A stretch of 64,000 bases of DNA from Candidatus Versatilivorator sp. (GTDB lineage Bacteria; Acidobacteriota; Terriglobia; Versatilivoradales; Versatilivoraceae): contig OZ242296.1 in NCBI GenBank assembly GCA_965207735.1, positions 1,216,001 through 1,280,000 on the forward strand. Direction: 5' to 3'. The notes beneath the pieces were generated by a model, which saw nothing but the letters and a program-made list of their open reading frames with translations, was not told the origin of the DNA and made no database searches. The translations under genes and the position numbers were made by a program. Shown one piece after another: positions 1 through 9,289 of this stretch (positions within the stretch are counted from its first letter, which is position 1; every line of letters begins with the position of its first letter).

Positions 1-550
1 AAAGACTTATCCACGAAGGGGCACGAAGGGCCACGAAGGCGCTGAGGTTGGCCGCGACGGGGTACCAAGTTCGCGAAAGGATTGTCGATTTCTGATTGTT
101 TCACTCTATGTATGATCCGCACACCAGGGCGGGGGCCCGGCTTGTCTGAAACAAACGACAAACGACAAAGAAAAAGACTTATCCACGAAGGGCCACGAAG
201 GACCACGAAGGGGCACGAAGGCGCTGAGGTTAACCGAGACGGGGTACCAAGTTCGCGAAGGGGTGGTCGATTTCAGATTGTTTCACTCTATGTATGATCC
301 GCACACCAGGGCGGGGGCCCGGCTTGCCTTGTCTGAAACAACCCTGTTTCACCCTCGGATGATCTGCCCCGTCGTGGGGGGCAGGGGCGCCCCTTGCCTG
401 AAACAACCGACAAAAGACAAAGAAAAAGACTTATCCACGAAGGGGCACGAAGAACGACGAAGGGACACTAAGGCGCTGAGGTTGGTCGCGAAGGGATTGT
501 TGATTTCTGATTGTTTGACTTTCGAATGATCCGCCCGGTACGGCGGGGCC
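1..550 (+). repeat. Modular tandem repeat array, family A (about 3 units of 170-250 bp; continues beyond the window start)
   Basis: AAAGACTTATCCACGAAGGG starts units at 1, 173 and 425. Units contain 10-bp CACGAAGG sub-repeats, GCGCTGAGGTT, usually GGGGTACCAAGTTCGCGAA, and TGTTTCA...TGAAACA cassettes (97-153, 279-340, 345-405). Confidence 0.95.
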
Positions 551-683
551 TGGACTCGCGGGCAAACGGGAGTCTCCCAAGGGGCGCCCGTCGGCTCTCA
601 GAGAATTCGCCCGCCGGATACCCTCCACCGCATCATCGGGACGACCCACCCGGGCGCCGCTCGTCATTGAAGGAGCTTCATCC

Positions 684-880
684 TTATTCGTGCCTATTCG
701 TGTCTTTTCGTGGTTCGTCTTCATTTCCAAATCGAAAACGGCTGCCTGTTTATCCTGTCTATCCTGTGCATCCATGTTCAATAAGTCCAAAACCGGTTTG
801 GCACGACATGGCCCTTGTTCCCGACAGGACATGAAGATTCGTTGTTTCACCCTCGTATGATCCGCCCGACAGCGGGGCAG
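684..880. repeat. Short tandem-motif REP-like remnants plus a partial family A cassette
   Basis: TTCGTG x3 at 10-bp spacing (686-716); ATCCTGT-type repeats (750-779); TGTTTCACCCTCGTATGATCCGCC at about 844-867. Confidence 0.6.
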
Positions 881-912
881 CGCTGGGGACGTTGTTGTGT
901 TACAGTACACGC

Positions 913-1848
913 ATGGCCTCAGTGCGAACTTCTTCACCGGTCCCTTTCAGGCGGGCTCGGCATGGAGTTCCGGATGCCCCCCGTACCGGTCCGGCGCTGG
1001 TGAAAGCCTTTTTCAAGCTGGGATTTCTTGTTCTGCTGGCCTTGGTGGGGCTGGAACGACCGCTGTTTGTTCGGAATGCGGCCGCTCACGGTCCGCCTGC
1101 GACAGACGAGGCGCCTTCAGGGAAAGATTGGCCTCTGATCCTGGCACGCGTGCGCAGCAACGCTCTGGCCTACAGCGCACAACTGCCCGATTTCATCTGC
1201 AAGCAGACAACTCGGCAATTTATTCGCACCGTGGCTCCGACCGTGGGGTGGAAGATAGCCGGGAGTTTTGTGGCGGAACTCTCCTACTATGACAGGAAGG
1301 AGCACTACGAAATACTGTCAGTCAACCGGAAACCGGCGCCGGGGGGAACAACCATGGAGAATCTGGGAGGAGGGCTTTCCATCGGAGAGTTCGGCTCTGC
1401 GCTGCGAGGCTTGTTCGAGCACAGAACACAGGCCGAGTTCAAACTCCTAGGGCTGAAGAACATCAACAAGCTGGAGACACTCTGCATCGCCTTCAAGGTA
1501 TCTCAGGAACGGTCGAAACGGTTTATTACATTGAACGATAGAACCATCATGACCGCCTACCGAGGGCGCTGTTGGGTCAATCCCGACACCTATGAGGTTG
1601 TCCGTCTGGAGAAGAAAGCCGTGGACATTCCCCGGAAATTTCCGGTGACCCAGTTTGACATGACGGTCGACTATGCGCCGGTCACCATCTCAGGCGCGTC
1701 CCACTGGCTGCCAAAGGAAGCTGAGATCTGGATCAGCCGCCGCCTGCCTGGAGTCTCCCTCAAGAACTCCCGCATACGAACCAAGAGCAAAATTCGATTC
1801 GACGGTTACCGCAGATTCGGAACCGGTGTCAAGCTGGTGACCGAATAG
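913..1848 (+). CDS. Hypothetical exported protein (start uncertain, 892-973)
   Basis: Hydrophobic N-terminal segment, then a beta-rich domain (LPDFICKQ...GEFGSAL...HWLP) of a type I recall from Acidobacteria. Confidence 0.7.
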   Translation: MASVRTSSPVPFRRARHGVPDAPRTGPALVKAFFKLGFLVLLALVGLERPLFVRNAAAHGPPATDEAPSGKDWPLILARVRSNALAYSAQLPDFICKQTTRQFIRTVAPTVGWKIAGSFVAELSYYDRKEHYEILSVNRKPAPGGTTMENLGGGLSIGEFGSALRGLFEHRTQAEFKLLGLKNINKLETLCIAFKVSQERSKRFITLNDRTIMTAYRGRCWVNPDTYEVVRLEKKAVDIPRKFPVTQFDMTVDYAPVTISGASHWLPKEAEIWISRRLPGVSLKNSRIRTKSKIRFDGYRRFGTGVKLVTE

Positions 1849-1874
1849 CCCGTCGGGCCAGGCAGGAGCGGGTC

Positions 1875-4800
1875 CTACTCGGGAGCCGCCGGCAGAGCTC
1901 CGGCGGCCTCTGCACCTACCGGTCCGCCCTTCTCCGGCGGGGACTCGATCCCGAAAACCCATCGAAAGATCCCCTTGAAATCTTCCAGGATCAGGTAAAG
2001 GGAAGGAACCAGCCCAAGCGTGATGAAAGTGGCGAAGAGGACACCGAAGGCCAGCGATATCGCCATCGGGATCAGAAACTGAGCCTGAACGCTCTTCTCC
2101 AGGATGAGCGGCGTGATGCCGGCCGCCGTCGTCAGAGAGGTCAACAGAATCGGGCGGAAGCGCACGATACCGGCCTGATGAACCGCCCGGACCAGAGGCA
2201 TGCCCTGCTTGCGATGTTCGTTGATGAAGCTGACCAGGACCAGGCTGTCGTTGACCACGATTCCGGTCAAGGCCACCACCCCGAGAATGGTGAGAATACT
2301 GGTCGAATACCCCAGAATGATGTGGCCCCAGATGGCGCCGACGATCCCGAAGGGTACCGCCGACAGCACGATCAACGGCTGTAGGTAGGATCTGAAGGGA
2401 ATGGCCATCATGGCGAAGATTCCCAGCACAACCAGGGCGAAGCCTTGGGCCAGTCCTTCCAGAGTCTCCTGTTGATCGCGCTGTTGTCCCTCAAAGCTGT
2501 AGGCGAATCGCGGAGCTGCTCTCAGCAGCTCCGGGAAGAACCTGGCGTCCATGTCGCCCAGGACTTCATTGGCGGTCGTCACCGCCGGGTCTACATCCGC
2601 GGTGACGGTAATGGTTCGCTGTCGGTCCACTCGGGAAATGGTCGCGAAGCCTCGTCCCATCTGGGCCCTGGCCACCGTCGAGAAGGGAACTTCACTGCCG
2701 TCGGGGGTGCGAATTCTCATTCTCTCCAGGGTTCCCACCGATCGCCTCTCTTCGGCCGGATAGCGCACCATCACTCTTACATCGTCCCTTCCCCGCTGAA
2801 TTCGCTGGGCTTCCTCTCCAAAAAATCCCTGACGGACCTGGCGGCCCAGGTCCTGCAGCGACAGACCGAGGGACTCCGCCTTGGGCGTGATGGCCAATTT
2901 CAGCTCAGGCTTGCCTCCCCGAAAGGAATCGTTGATGTCGATCACACCCGGATACTGGCTCAGCTTCTCCTTGGTCGCAGCCGCCAGTCGACGGAGCTCG
3001 TCGATGTCCTGACTGCTGAGCTGTATATCGATGGCCTTTCCGCTTTGAATCAGATTTGTATTGAACGTAAGCTCAACGGCCCCCGGAATGGGTCCGGCCA
3101 GCTCCCTCCACCGGGCGCCGATCTCACGACTGGTGATGCTCCTCGATTCCGAAGGAACCAATTCGATCATGACCTCCGCCCTGTACGGGGTGGAATACCT
3201 GTTGGCGTCACCCGATCGATCGCCGCGTTCGGACTGGGCTCGATTGGGTTGCTCTCCCACGACGGCCAGGACATGACGGAACACGGACCTGCCCGATTCT
3301 TGTTTGATCTCCCCATCCAGTTGAAAGGCGGCCTTCTCGATCCTCCGAATGGCCTGGGCGGTCACCGCGGCCGGGGTCTCCTGGGGCATGGTCAAGTCGA
3401 CAACCACGAAGTCGGATTCGATTTCGGGGAAATAGGTGAAGTCTATCAGACCCCCGGCCACAAGACCCGCGGTCATCAGCACGGTGGCCAGGGCCACGGC
3501 CAATGTGAGGTAGCGCCACTCCAGCACGAGCAGGAACATCGGCCGGTAAACCCTGTGAATGAATCTGTCCAGGCCATTCCCGAAAAACCCGAAGAAACCG
3601 TCCCAGACCCGGGTCAGGAGAGATTTAGACCGCCCTTCCCTTGGAGGACGATAGTGGGAAACATGATAGGGCAGGACCAGCTTGGATTCGATGAGCGAAA
3701 ACATCAGGGTCGGAATGACGATCAGAGGTATCACCCGCCAGATCGGCCCGGCCCCCCCCTGCACAAACAGCATCGGCGTAAAGGCCATGGCCGTGGTCAG
3801 CACCCCAAAGACCACGGGCACGGTGACTCGCTGAGTTCCCTCAATTGCCGCCGACAGACCTTTCCCGGTCGCCTCCTGCCTGGAATAAACACTCTCCCCG
3901 ACCACAATGGCGTCATCCACCACAATCCCCAGGACCATGATGAAAGAGAAAAGGGAAACCATGTTGATCGAGACATCGAACACGGGCATCAGCGCCATGG
4001 TCCCCAGGAAGGAAATGGGAATGCCGATGGTCACCCACAAAGCCAGCCGAAGACGCAGGAACAGGGTCAGAACCACAAAGACCAGCACCAACCCGGTCAG
4101 GCCATTCTTGATGAGCAGGTTCATACGGCTTTCCAGAATCGCGGACTGATCCCCCCAGGTGGTGAGGGCAATGCCGTCCGGCATCCGACCCTGTGTTTCG
4201 GCCACATACTCCTTGACCGCTCGGGCCACCTCCAGGGCGCTCTCATCGCCGACCCTGAAAGCCTGGACCATCACGCTTGGCTTGCCGTCGAGCCAGGAAA
4301 ACTTATCCGCGTCTTCGAACCCATCCACCACCCGGGCCACATCCCCCAGTTGCAAGCGACTCCCGTCCTGCCGGGTGAGCAGGGTCAACTTGGCGAACTC
4401 GTCGCCTCGATAGGCCTGTCCCTTGGTCCGCAGAAGGATCTCCCCGCTCTCGGCCTTGACCGACCCGCCCGGAAGATCGAGCGATCTTCGCCGGACCGCT
4501 CCTGCCACTTGATCAAAGGTCAGTCCGTGCCGTCTGAGGTCTTCCTCGGAAACCTCTATCGAGATTTCATAGAGTCGCGCGTTCCTCAACTCAACCTGGC
4601 TGAGTTCCGGAAGCAGCAACAAGTCATCCCGAACCCGCTCACCCAGCCGTTTCAGGGTCAGCTCGTCGGCCTCCCCCGAAATGGAAACGAAGATCACCTG
4701 GTTTCGGATTCTGGCCTCCTCGATCACGGGTTGCTCGGTTTCCTCGGGAAACGTGTCGATGGCGTCCACCCTCGCCTTGACTTCGTCCAGGAGCGCCCGT

Positions 4801-5105
4801 GGGTCGTAGTCCGACTCGATTTCGATTCGTACCGTTCCCATGCCCTCGTTGGCCGTCGACCGAACCCTCTCGATACCCTCCAATCCCTGCAGCGCTTCTT
4901 CCACGCGGATACAGACGGCTTCCTCGACTTCTTCCGGAGCGGCGCCGCGATAGCTCACCGATACCGAGATGACACCGGCCGCAAATTCGGGAAAGACCTC
5001 CTTCTTGAGATCGGGAAGCGTGATTACGCCCGCCATGACGACCGTGATCATCAGCAGGTTGGCAACCACTCCGTTTCGGGCAAACCAGGCAATGAGCCCG
5101 TTCAT
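1875..5105 (-). CDS. RND efflux permease (AcrB/AcrD/AcrF family)
   Basis: About 1076 aa; GIVVDDAIVVGE and RFRPILLTSLTT motifs; RND-like hydrophobicity pattern. Confidence 0.96.
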   Translation of the reverse strand: MNGLIAWFARNGVVANLLMITVVMAGVITLPDLKKEVFPEFAAGVISVSVSYRGAAPEEVEEAVCIRVEEALQGLEGIERVRSTANEGMGTVRIEIESDYDPRALLDEVKARVDAIDTFPEETEQPVIEEARIRNQVIFVSISGEADELTLKRLGERVRDDLLLLPELSQVELRNARLYEISIEVSEEDLRRHGLTFDQVAGAVRRRSLDLPGGSVKAESGEILLRTKGQAYRGDEFAKLTLLTRQDGSRLQLGDVARVVDGFEDADKFSWLDGKPSVMVQAFRVGDESALEVARAVKEYVAETQGRMPDGIALTTWGDQSAILESRMNLLIKNGLTGLVLVFVVLTLFLRLRLALWVTIGIPISFLGTMALMPVFDVSINMVSLFSFIMVLGIVVDDAIVVGESVYSRQEATGKGLSAAIEGTQRVTVPVVFGVLTTAMAFTPMLFVQGGAGPIWRVIPLIVIPTLMFSLIESKLVLPYHVSHYRPPREGRSKSLLTRVWDGFFGFFGNGLDRFIHRVYRPMFLLVLEWRYLTLAVALATVLMTAGLVAGGLIDFTYFPEIESDFVVVDLTMPQETPAAVTAQAIRRIEKAAFQLDGEIKQESGRSVFRHVLAVVGEQPNRAQSERGDRSGDANRYSTPYRAEVMIELVPSESRSITSREIGARWRELAGPIPGAVELTFNTNLIQSGKAIDIQLSSQDIDELRRLAAATKEKLSQYPGVIDINDSFRGGKPELKLAITPKAESLGLSLQDLGRQVRQGFFGEEAQRIQRGRDDVRVMVRYPAEERRSVGTLERMRIRTPDGSEVPFSTVARAQMGRGFATISRVDRQRTITVTADVDPAVTTANEVLGDMDARFFPELLRAAPRFAYSFEGQQRDQQETLEGLAQGFALVVLGIFAMMAIPFRSYLQPLIVLSAVPFGIVGAIWGHIILGYSTSILTILGVVALTGIVVNDSLVLVSFINEHRKQGMPLVRAVHQAGIVRFRPILLTSLTTAAGITPLILEKSVQAQFLIPMAISLAFGVLFATFITLGLVPSLYLILEDFKGIFRWVFGIESPPEKGGPVGAEAAGALPAAPE

Positions 5106-5135
5106 TTCTCCTCCAGTTACTCCACGCCTTCGCAA

Positions 5136-6320
5136 TCAGACAGGGTCCTGCTCTGCGACCGAATCGTCCACAACCTCAACCCTCATGCCGTTGACCGGCG
5201 TCTGAACCACCGACACACACACGCGCTCTCCCTCACTGAGACCGGAGGCGATCAGGACCTGGTCGAGCTCGGCGCGCAGAACTTCAACCGTGCGATAGTA
5301 GAGGCGGTCGGTCTCATCCACTACCAGGACCTGATCGCCCCTCAGGACGGACCGCGGCAACACAACCACGTCACTTACCCACTTCCCCCGGATTTCAGCC
5401 TCGACGAACATCCCTACGGCCAGTGGAGGACGACTCCGGTCACTGCCTCTGCCATAGGGATCCTTGACCTCGGCGACGGCGTGCACCATTCGGGTGCGGG
5501 GATCGATCTCCCCCTCGGTCCGAAGAATCCGACCCGACCACTGATGCCTCTTGCCCGCAAACTCGGCACTCAAAACGACTGTAGGGCCCCCTGTGGGCTG
5601 GGTTTGCCCCCGATAGGCAAGAGGCAGGTGAAGGTATGCCAGTTCGTCATCCGGAATTGGCAAGCGGACCTCGGCGAAATCGACCCCGTAAAGTCGCGCC
5701 AGAGAGGCTCCGGGGGCTATGAATTGACCGATATCGACTGTCTCCGACCAAACCCGGCCGTCGTACGCAGCTTTGACCTCGGTGCGCTCCAGATCGTACT
5801 CGGCATGCTCCAGGGCCGCTTCAGCCGCTGCCAGCGAAGCTTTTGCCTCATGGATCTGGGGTTCTCGCAACACCAGCGAGGTTGGAGGACCGCTGCCCAG
5901 GTTTTCCCATTCCTGCCTGGCCAAGGTGGCTTCCTGCTCCTCGGTCGCCAGCTTGAGTCCGGCTTGGGCCACCGCGGCGCGGGCCCGCACCACCGCCAGT
6001 TGATAGACCCTCGAATCGATTCGGAGGAGTACTTCCCCGGCTTTGAAGAAGCCACCGACAACCAGTGCCGGTGACACCCAGACCACTCGCCCCGAAACTT
6101 CCGAGGTCAACTGAGAGGTGGTTCTTGGCGCCACCGTACCCTCGGCGTGCACCATCAACCGGCGACCTTCCGGTTTAACCTCCATGACGTGAACCAGCGG
6201 CAGCGAGATTTCCGGCGGACGCTGCTCCGGCTCAGGCTTGGCTCGTATAATCAGCAGGGCGACGTAGGCACCCAGGGCCAATACCAGGATGGGAAGTCCG
6301 ATCTTGAGTGCTAGTTTCAT
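5136..6320 (-). CDS. RND periplasmic adaptor (membrane fusion protein)
   Basis: N-terminal TM; lipoyl/hairpin motifs (EVSGRV, KAAYDGRV); adjacent to the RND permease. Confidence 0.95.
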   Translation of the reverse strand: MKLALKIGLPILVLALGAYVALLIIRAKPEPEQRPPEISLPLVHVMEVKPEGRRLMVHAEGTVAPRTTSQLTSEVSGRVVWVSPALVVGGFFKAGEVLLRIDSRVYQLAVVRARAAVAQAGLKLATEEQEATLARQEWENLGSGPPTSLVLREPQIHEAKASLAAAEAALEHAEYDLERTEVKAAYDGRVWSETVDIGQFIAPGASLARLYGVDFAEVRLPIPDDELAYLHLPLAYRGQTQPTGGPTVVLSAEFAGKRHQWSGRILRTEGEIDPRTRMVHAVAEVKDPYGRGSDRSRPPLAVGMFVEAEIRGKWVSDVVVLPRSVLRGDQVLVVDETDRLYYRTVEVLRAELDQVLIASGLSEGERVCVSVVQTPVNGMRVEVVDDSVAEQDPV

Positions 6321-6372
6321 ACCCACTTTCCTTTGGGATTACGGCAGACTCAAACCGATTGAATAAATTCCC

Positions 6373-7788
6373 TCAGAAGCTCCCGCCCAGGGCCAGATGC
6401 AGATTGACACGGTTGTCGAGCTGCAGGCGCCTGAGGGTCAGCAACTGGCTTTCCGAATCGATGGCCGTCCTTTGGGCAGCCAACAAGGTGATGATTCCCG
6501 CCAGACCCGAGCGGTATCGCTGCTCGGCCAGGTCCCGAGCGGCCAGAGATTGTTCGGCTGCCTCCTGCAATGCCTGCCGTCGTCTTCGGATCACCTCTTC
6601 GGCCGCCAAAGCCGCTTCCACCTCGTTGTAGGCAGTCAGAACGGCGCTCTCGAATCTGGCCGCCGCCTCCTCCGCCCGCGCCTGGTTGAGGGTGACGCCC
6701 GCCTTCAGCCTGCCCCGGTTGAAGACCGGCTGGACTACGTTTCCGATCAGAGACCAGACCAACAATTCAGCCGACAGTAGGCTCCGCAACTGGTCGCTGG
6801 AGGTCCCAAAGGTGGAGGTGAGGCTGAAACTGGGCCTGAGTTGAGCCTTGGCCTCTGCGATTCTGGCATCGGCTGCCAGCAAATCCCGTTCGGCCGCCAC
6901 CAGATCCGCCCGGCGGTGGACCAGTTCGGAGGGCAGGCCGGTCGGCACTCGGTCGGGCCCCTTGGGCAGGTCCTTCCCCAACTCACGGCGGCCGTCCGGA
7001 TAGTCGCCCATGAGGACCTGGAGCTGGCGGACGCCGCGGTCCGCAAGCTCCAGCCGCGAATGTAGCGACGCTTCGGCGATTCTCAACTCGGCCAAGGCCA
7101 GGCGCAGATCCAAGGCAGGCCGGACACCGCCTTCAAAGCGGGCCCGAATGCGCCTGGCCGATATCCGGTAGCTCTCCACCGAAGATCGAGCCAACTCGAC
7201 CTGCCGGTGGGCCTCAATCGCCGCAAACCAGGCTCTGGCTGCCTGTGCCGAAAGCGACAAGCGGGCCGCCGCCAATTCCGCCTGGCGCGCCTGGGCGTTG
7301 GCCACTGCGGCCAGCTTCCCGGCCTTCACCTTTCCCCACAAGTCCGCCTCCCAGCCCAGGCTTAGCGATAGACCCGTGCTCGAGAAAGTCCGGCTCAACA
7401 CGCTCCCTTCCGCACCGGGCAGACGAAGACCCAAAAAGTTCTGCTTCCGGCCTCCCAGGTCGAAGCCAGCGTCCAGCCGGGGCAATTGGGATGCCGCGGC
7501 AATGCGAGCCTGGGCCTGGGCTGCTTCAATGCGAGCCGCCGCCGCTCGCAAGTCCTGGTTTCTTTCCAGGACTCGAGAAACCACTTGGTCCAAACTTCCG
7601 TCGCCAAAAGAGGTCCACCAATCGCCTTCGCCGGCAGCCGGAACCGTTTCCCCACCGGTCCAGGTGTCTGGGGCTTTCACAATTGAGGCTCGTTGGGGCC
7701 TCTGCAGCGATCGATTGCAACCGGCGGTCACGGCCGACAACGTGACCACCAGCAAAACACCGAAAACCCAACGACCGCGCTCGATCAT
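6373..7788 (-). CDS. Outer membrane efflux lipoprotein (NodT/TolC family)
   Basis: Lipobox TAGC; WEADLWG, PSELVHRRADL and LALGG motifs. Confidence 0.95.
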   Translation of the reverse strand: MIERGRWVFGVLLVVTLSAVTAGCNRSLQRPQRASIVKAPDTWTGGETVPAAGEGDWWTSFGDGSLDQVVSRVLERNQDLRAAAARIEAAQAQARIAAASQLPRLDAGFDLGGRKQNFLGLRLPGAEGSVLSRTFSSTGLSLSLGWEADLWGKVKAGKLAAVANAQARQAELAAARLSLSAQAARAWFAAIEAHRQVELARSSVESYRISARRIRARFEGGVRPALDLRLALAELRIAEASLHSRLELADRGVRQLQVLMGDYPDGRRELGKDLPKGPDRVPTGLPSELVHRRADLVAAERDLLAADARIAEAKAQLRPSFSLTSTFGTSSDQLRSLLSAELLVWSLIGNVVQPVFNRGRLKAGVTLNQARAEEAAARFESAVLTAYNEVEAALAAEEVIRRRRQALQEAAEQSLAARDLAEQRYRSGLAGIITLLAAQRTAIDSESQLLTLRRLQLDNRVNLHLALGGSF

Positions 7789-8486
7789 CCCAACACCTCC
7801 CGCTTGCCCTCACCTGCCGTTTCCGGGATCTCTGCCCGTGGCAGCGGGGCCTGCAGTCCGGCGGTAGCGAACCGGGTGAGCCGTTCGATGTTGGCCTCGA
7901 CCTCGTTGCCTTCGCCGGATTGGGCGCCCAACTGATGCACGAATCCTCCTTGCATCAGGGTGTGGACCATGGCTCCGATGACAAAGTGCATGCGCCACAT
8001 GAGTTCCGTCTTGGGCAGGTCGGGCGCCGCCTGCTCGAATGCCGCCGAAAACCGCCGGACCACTTCCTGAAAGAGGTCCACGAACATGCTCTGGAGCTGC
8101 CCCGAGGACTCGGTGTAGATCCGGCCGCAAAGCCGGGTGAAGGTCTCTCCCTTGTCCGCCTGCAGCCACAGCCGGAGCGGTGGACCCACCAGGATGCGGA
8201 CCAACTCGTCCAGCCTGGGCCGTTGCGGCCGGCAGCGTTCGAGGAGCTCGTCCAGCAGTCGCAACCGTTCACGATTGAGCGGGCCGATACGGCGGACGAA
8301 GACTTCCCTGACCAGAGCTTCCTTGGAGCCGAAGTGATAGTGGATGGCCGCCAGGTTCACTCCGGCTTCGGCCGTGATGGTACGGATCGAGACCCCGTCG
8401 ATGCCAGACTCGGCAAAGAGCCGCTCGGCCGTATCCAGGATCTGATCTCGGGTGTCGGTGGGCAAGGAATAAACCAATTCAATCAA
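7785..8486 (-). CDS. TetR/AcrR family regulator
   Basis: TRDQILDTAERLF...AGVNLAAIHYHFGSKEAL HTH; first gene of the efflux operon. Confidence 0.93.
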   Translation of the reverse strand: MIELVYSLPTDTRDQILDTAERLFAESGIDGVSIRTITAEAGVNLAAIHYHFGSKEALVREVFVRRIGPLNRERLRLLDELLERCRPQRPRLDELVRILVGPPLRLWLQADKGETFTRLCGRIYTESSGQLQSMFVDLFQEVVRRFSAAFEQAAPDLPKTELMWRMHFVIGAMVHTLMQGGFVHQLGAQSGEGNEVEANIERLTRFATAGLQAPLPRAEIPETAGEGKREVLG

Positions 8487-8529
8487 ACGTACGAATTAAA
8501 TCATACGTATGAAAGAAACCGGGTGTCAA
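8481..8529 (-). promoter_or_regulatory. Sigma70 promoter overlapped by a probable TetR operator
   Basis: Minus strand TTGACA (8529-8524), 18 nt, TATGAT (8505-8500). Perfect palindrome TCATACGTATGA at 8501-8512 and a degenerate copy at 8481-8495. Confidence 0.75.
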
Positions 8530-9170
8530 GCCGACTCCCTGCCTTTTTCGGCAAAACCGCAGATATGGGGACTCACCACCGGCAGCGGCGCCTGAAAGTC
8601 CTCCCACTTCAATTGGGAGAAGCCGGCTCGAGCAATCCGCACCCGGGTGTCCGCATCGGGCCGGCAACCGTCCAGCAGAGTGCTCCACACCGGACGCACC
8701 CCGCGCTGAATCCATCGCAGCCAACTGCCTTGCGGCGCCGCCACGTGCTCCAGAAAGCAGTAGCGCCCTCCAGGCTTGAGCACCCGCAGGATTTCCTCCA
8801 AGACCGCTTCCACCCGGCCCACCGAGCAGAGAACCAGGGTTCCGACCACGGCATCCACGCTTGCATCTTCCAATCCCAGTTCCTCTGCCAGACCGACTTT
8901 CAATCGGACCGGACGGTCCAGCCGAGCGGCCGCTTCCTGAATATAGGGGTGGAAATGGGGATTGGGCTCGATGCCGGTCCACCGGACTTCCCGGGGCAGG
9001 TAGGACAGATTGACCCCGCTTCCCGGTCCGATTTCCACAACCTCTCCGGAGAGATCACCGAGCAGGCTCCGCTTGCGTTCGGCCATCCAGCGCTCGTAGG
9101 GGCCGGTTCCGTGAGCCATACCCCAGGCGAAGGCCCGTGCTCGCCAACTGTGCTCTCCGGTTCGACGCAT
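8526..9170 (-). CDS. Class I SAM-dependent methyltransferase
   Basis: VVEIGPGSG motif I; LVLCSV; RVLKPGG. Confidence 0.9.
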   Translation of the reverse strand: MRRTGEHSWRARAFAWGMAHGTGPYERWMAERKRSLLGDLSGEVVEIGPGSGVNLSYLPREVRWTGIEPNPHFHPYIQEAAARLDRPVRLKVGLAEELGLEDASVDAVVGTLVLCSVGRVEAVLEEILRVLKPGGRYCFLEHVAAPQGSWLRWIQRGVRPVWSTLLDGCRPDADTRVRIARAGFSQLKWEDFQAPLPVVSPHICGFAEKGRESA

Positions 9171-9289
9171 GCGGCGAGTATAGGGTCCTGTCTCAGAAAT
9201 AGCATTACCATCTCCGATGGAGGTTCTTCAGGTGCGCAGCGGCTGTGGTATCTTGATTCCGGCTCGATCGATCGTTCCGGTGAAAACCC

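Noticed and set aside
1-550. CRISPR array (GTTTCA...TGAAAC ends resemble CRISPR repeats)
   Set aside because: The intervening sequences are themselves repeated rather than unique spacers, the period is irregular, and there are no cas genes.
82-1003. Short ORFs at the window start and around the intron
   Set aside because: Translations of family A repeats.
2445-6074. 1209-aa plus-strand ORF (likewise 26072-28180, 43462-45249, 56423-58312, 59980-61941)
   Set aside because: Antisense shadows of well-supported genes in GC-rich DNA, with no recognisable motifs.
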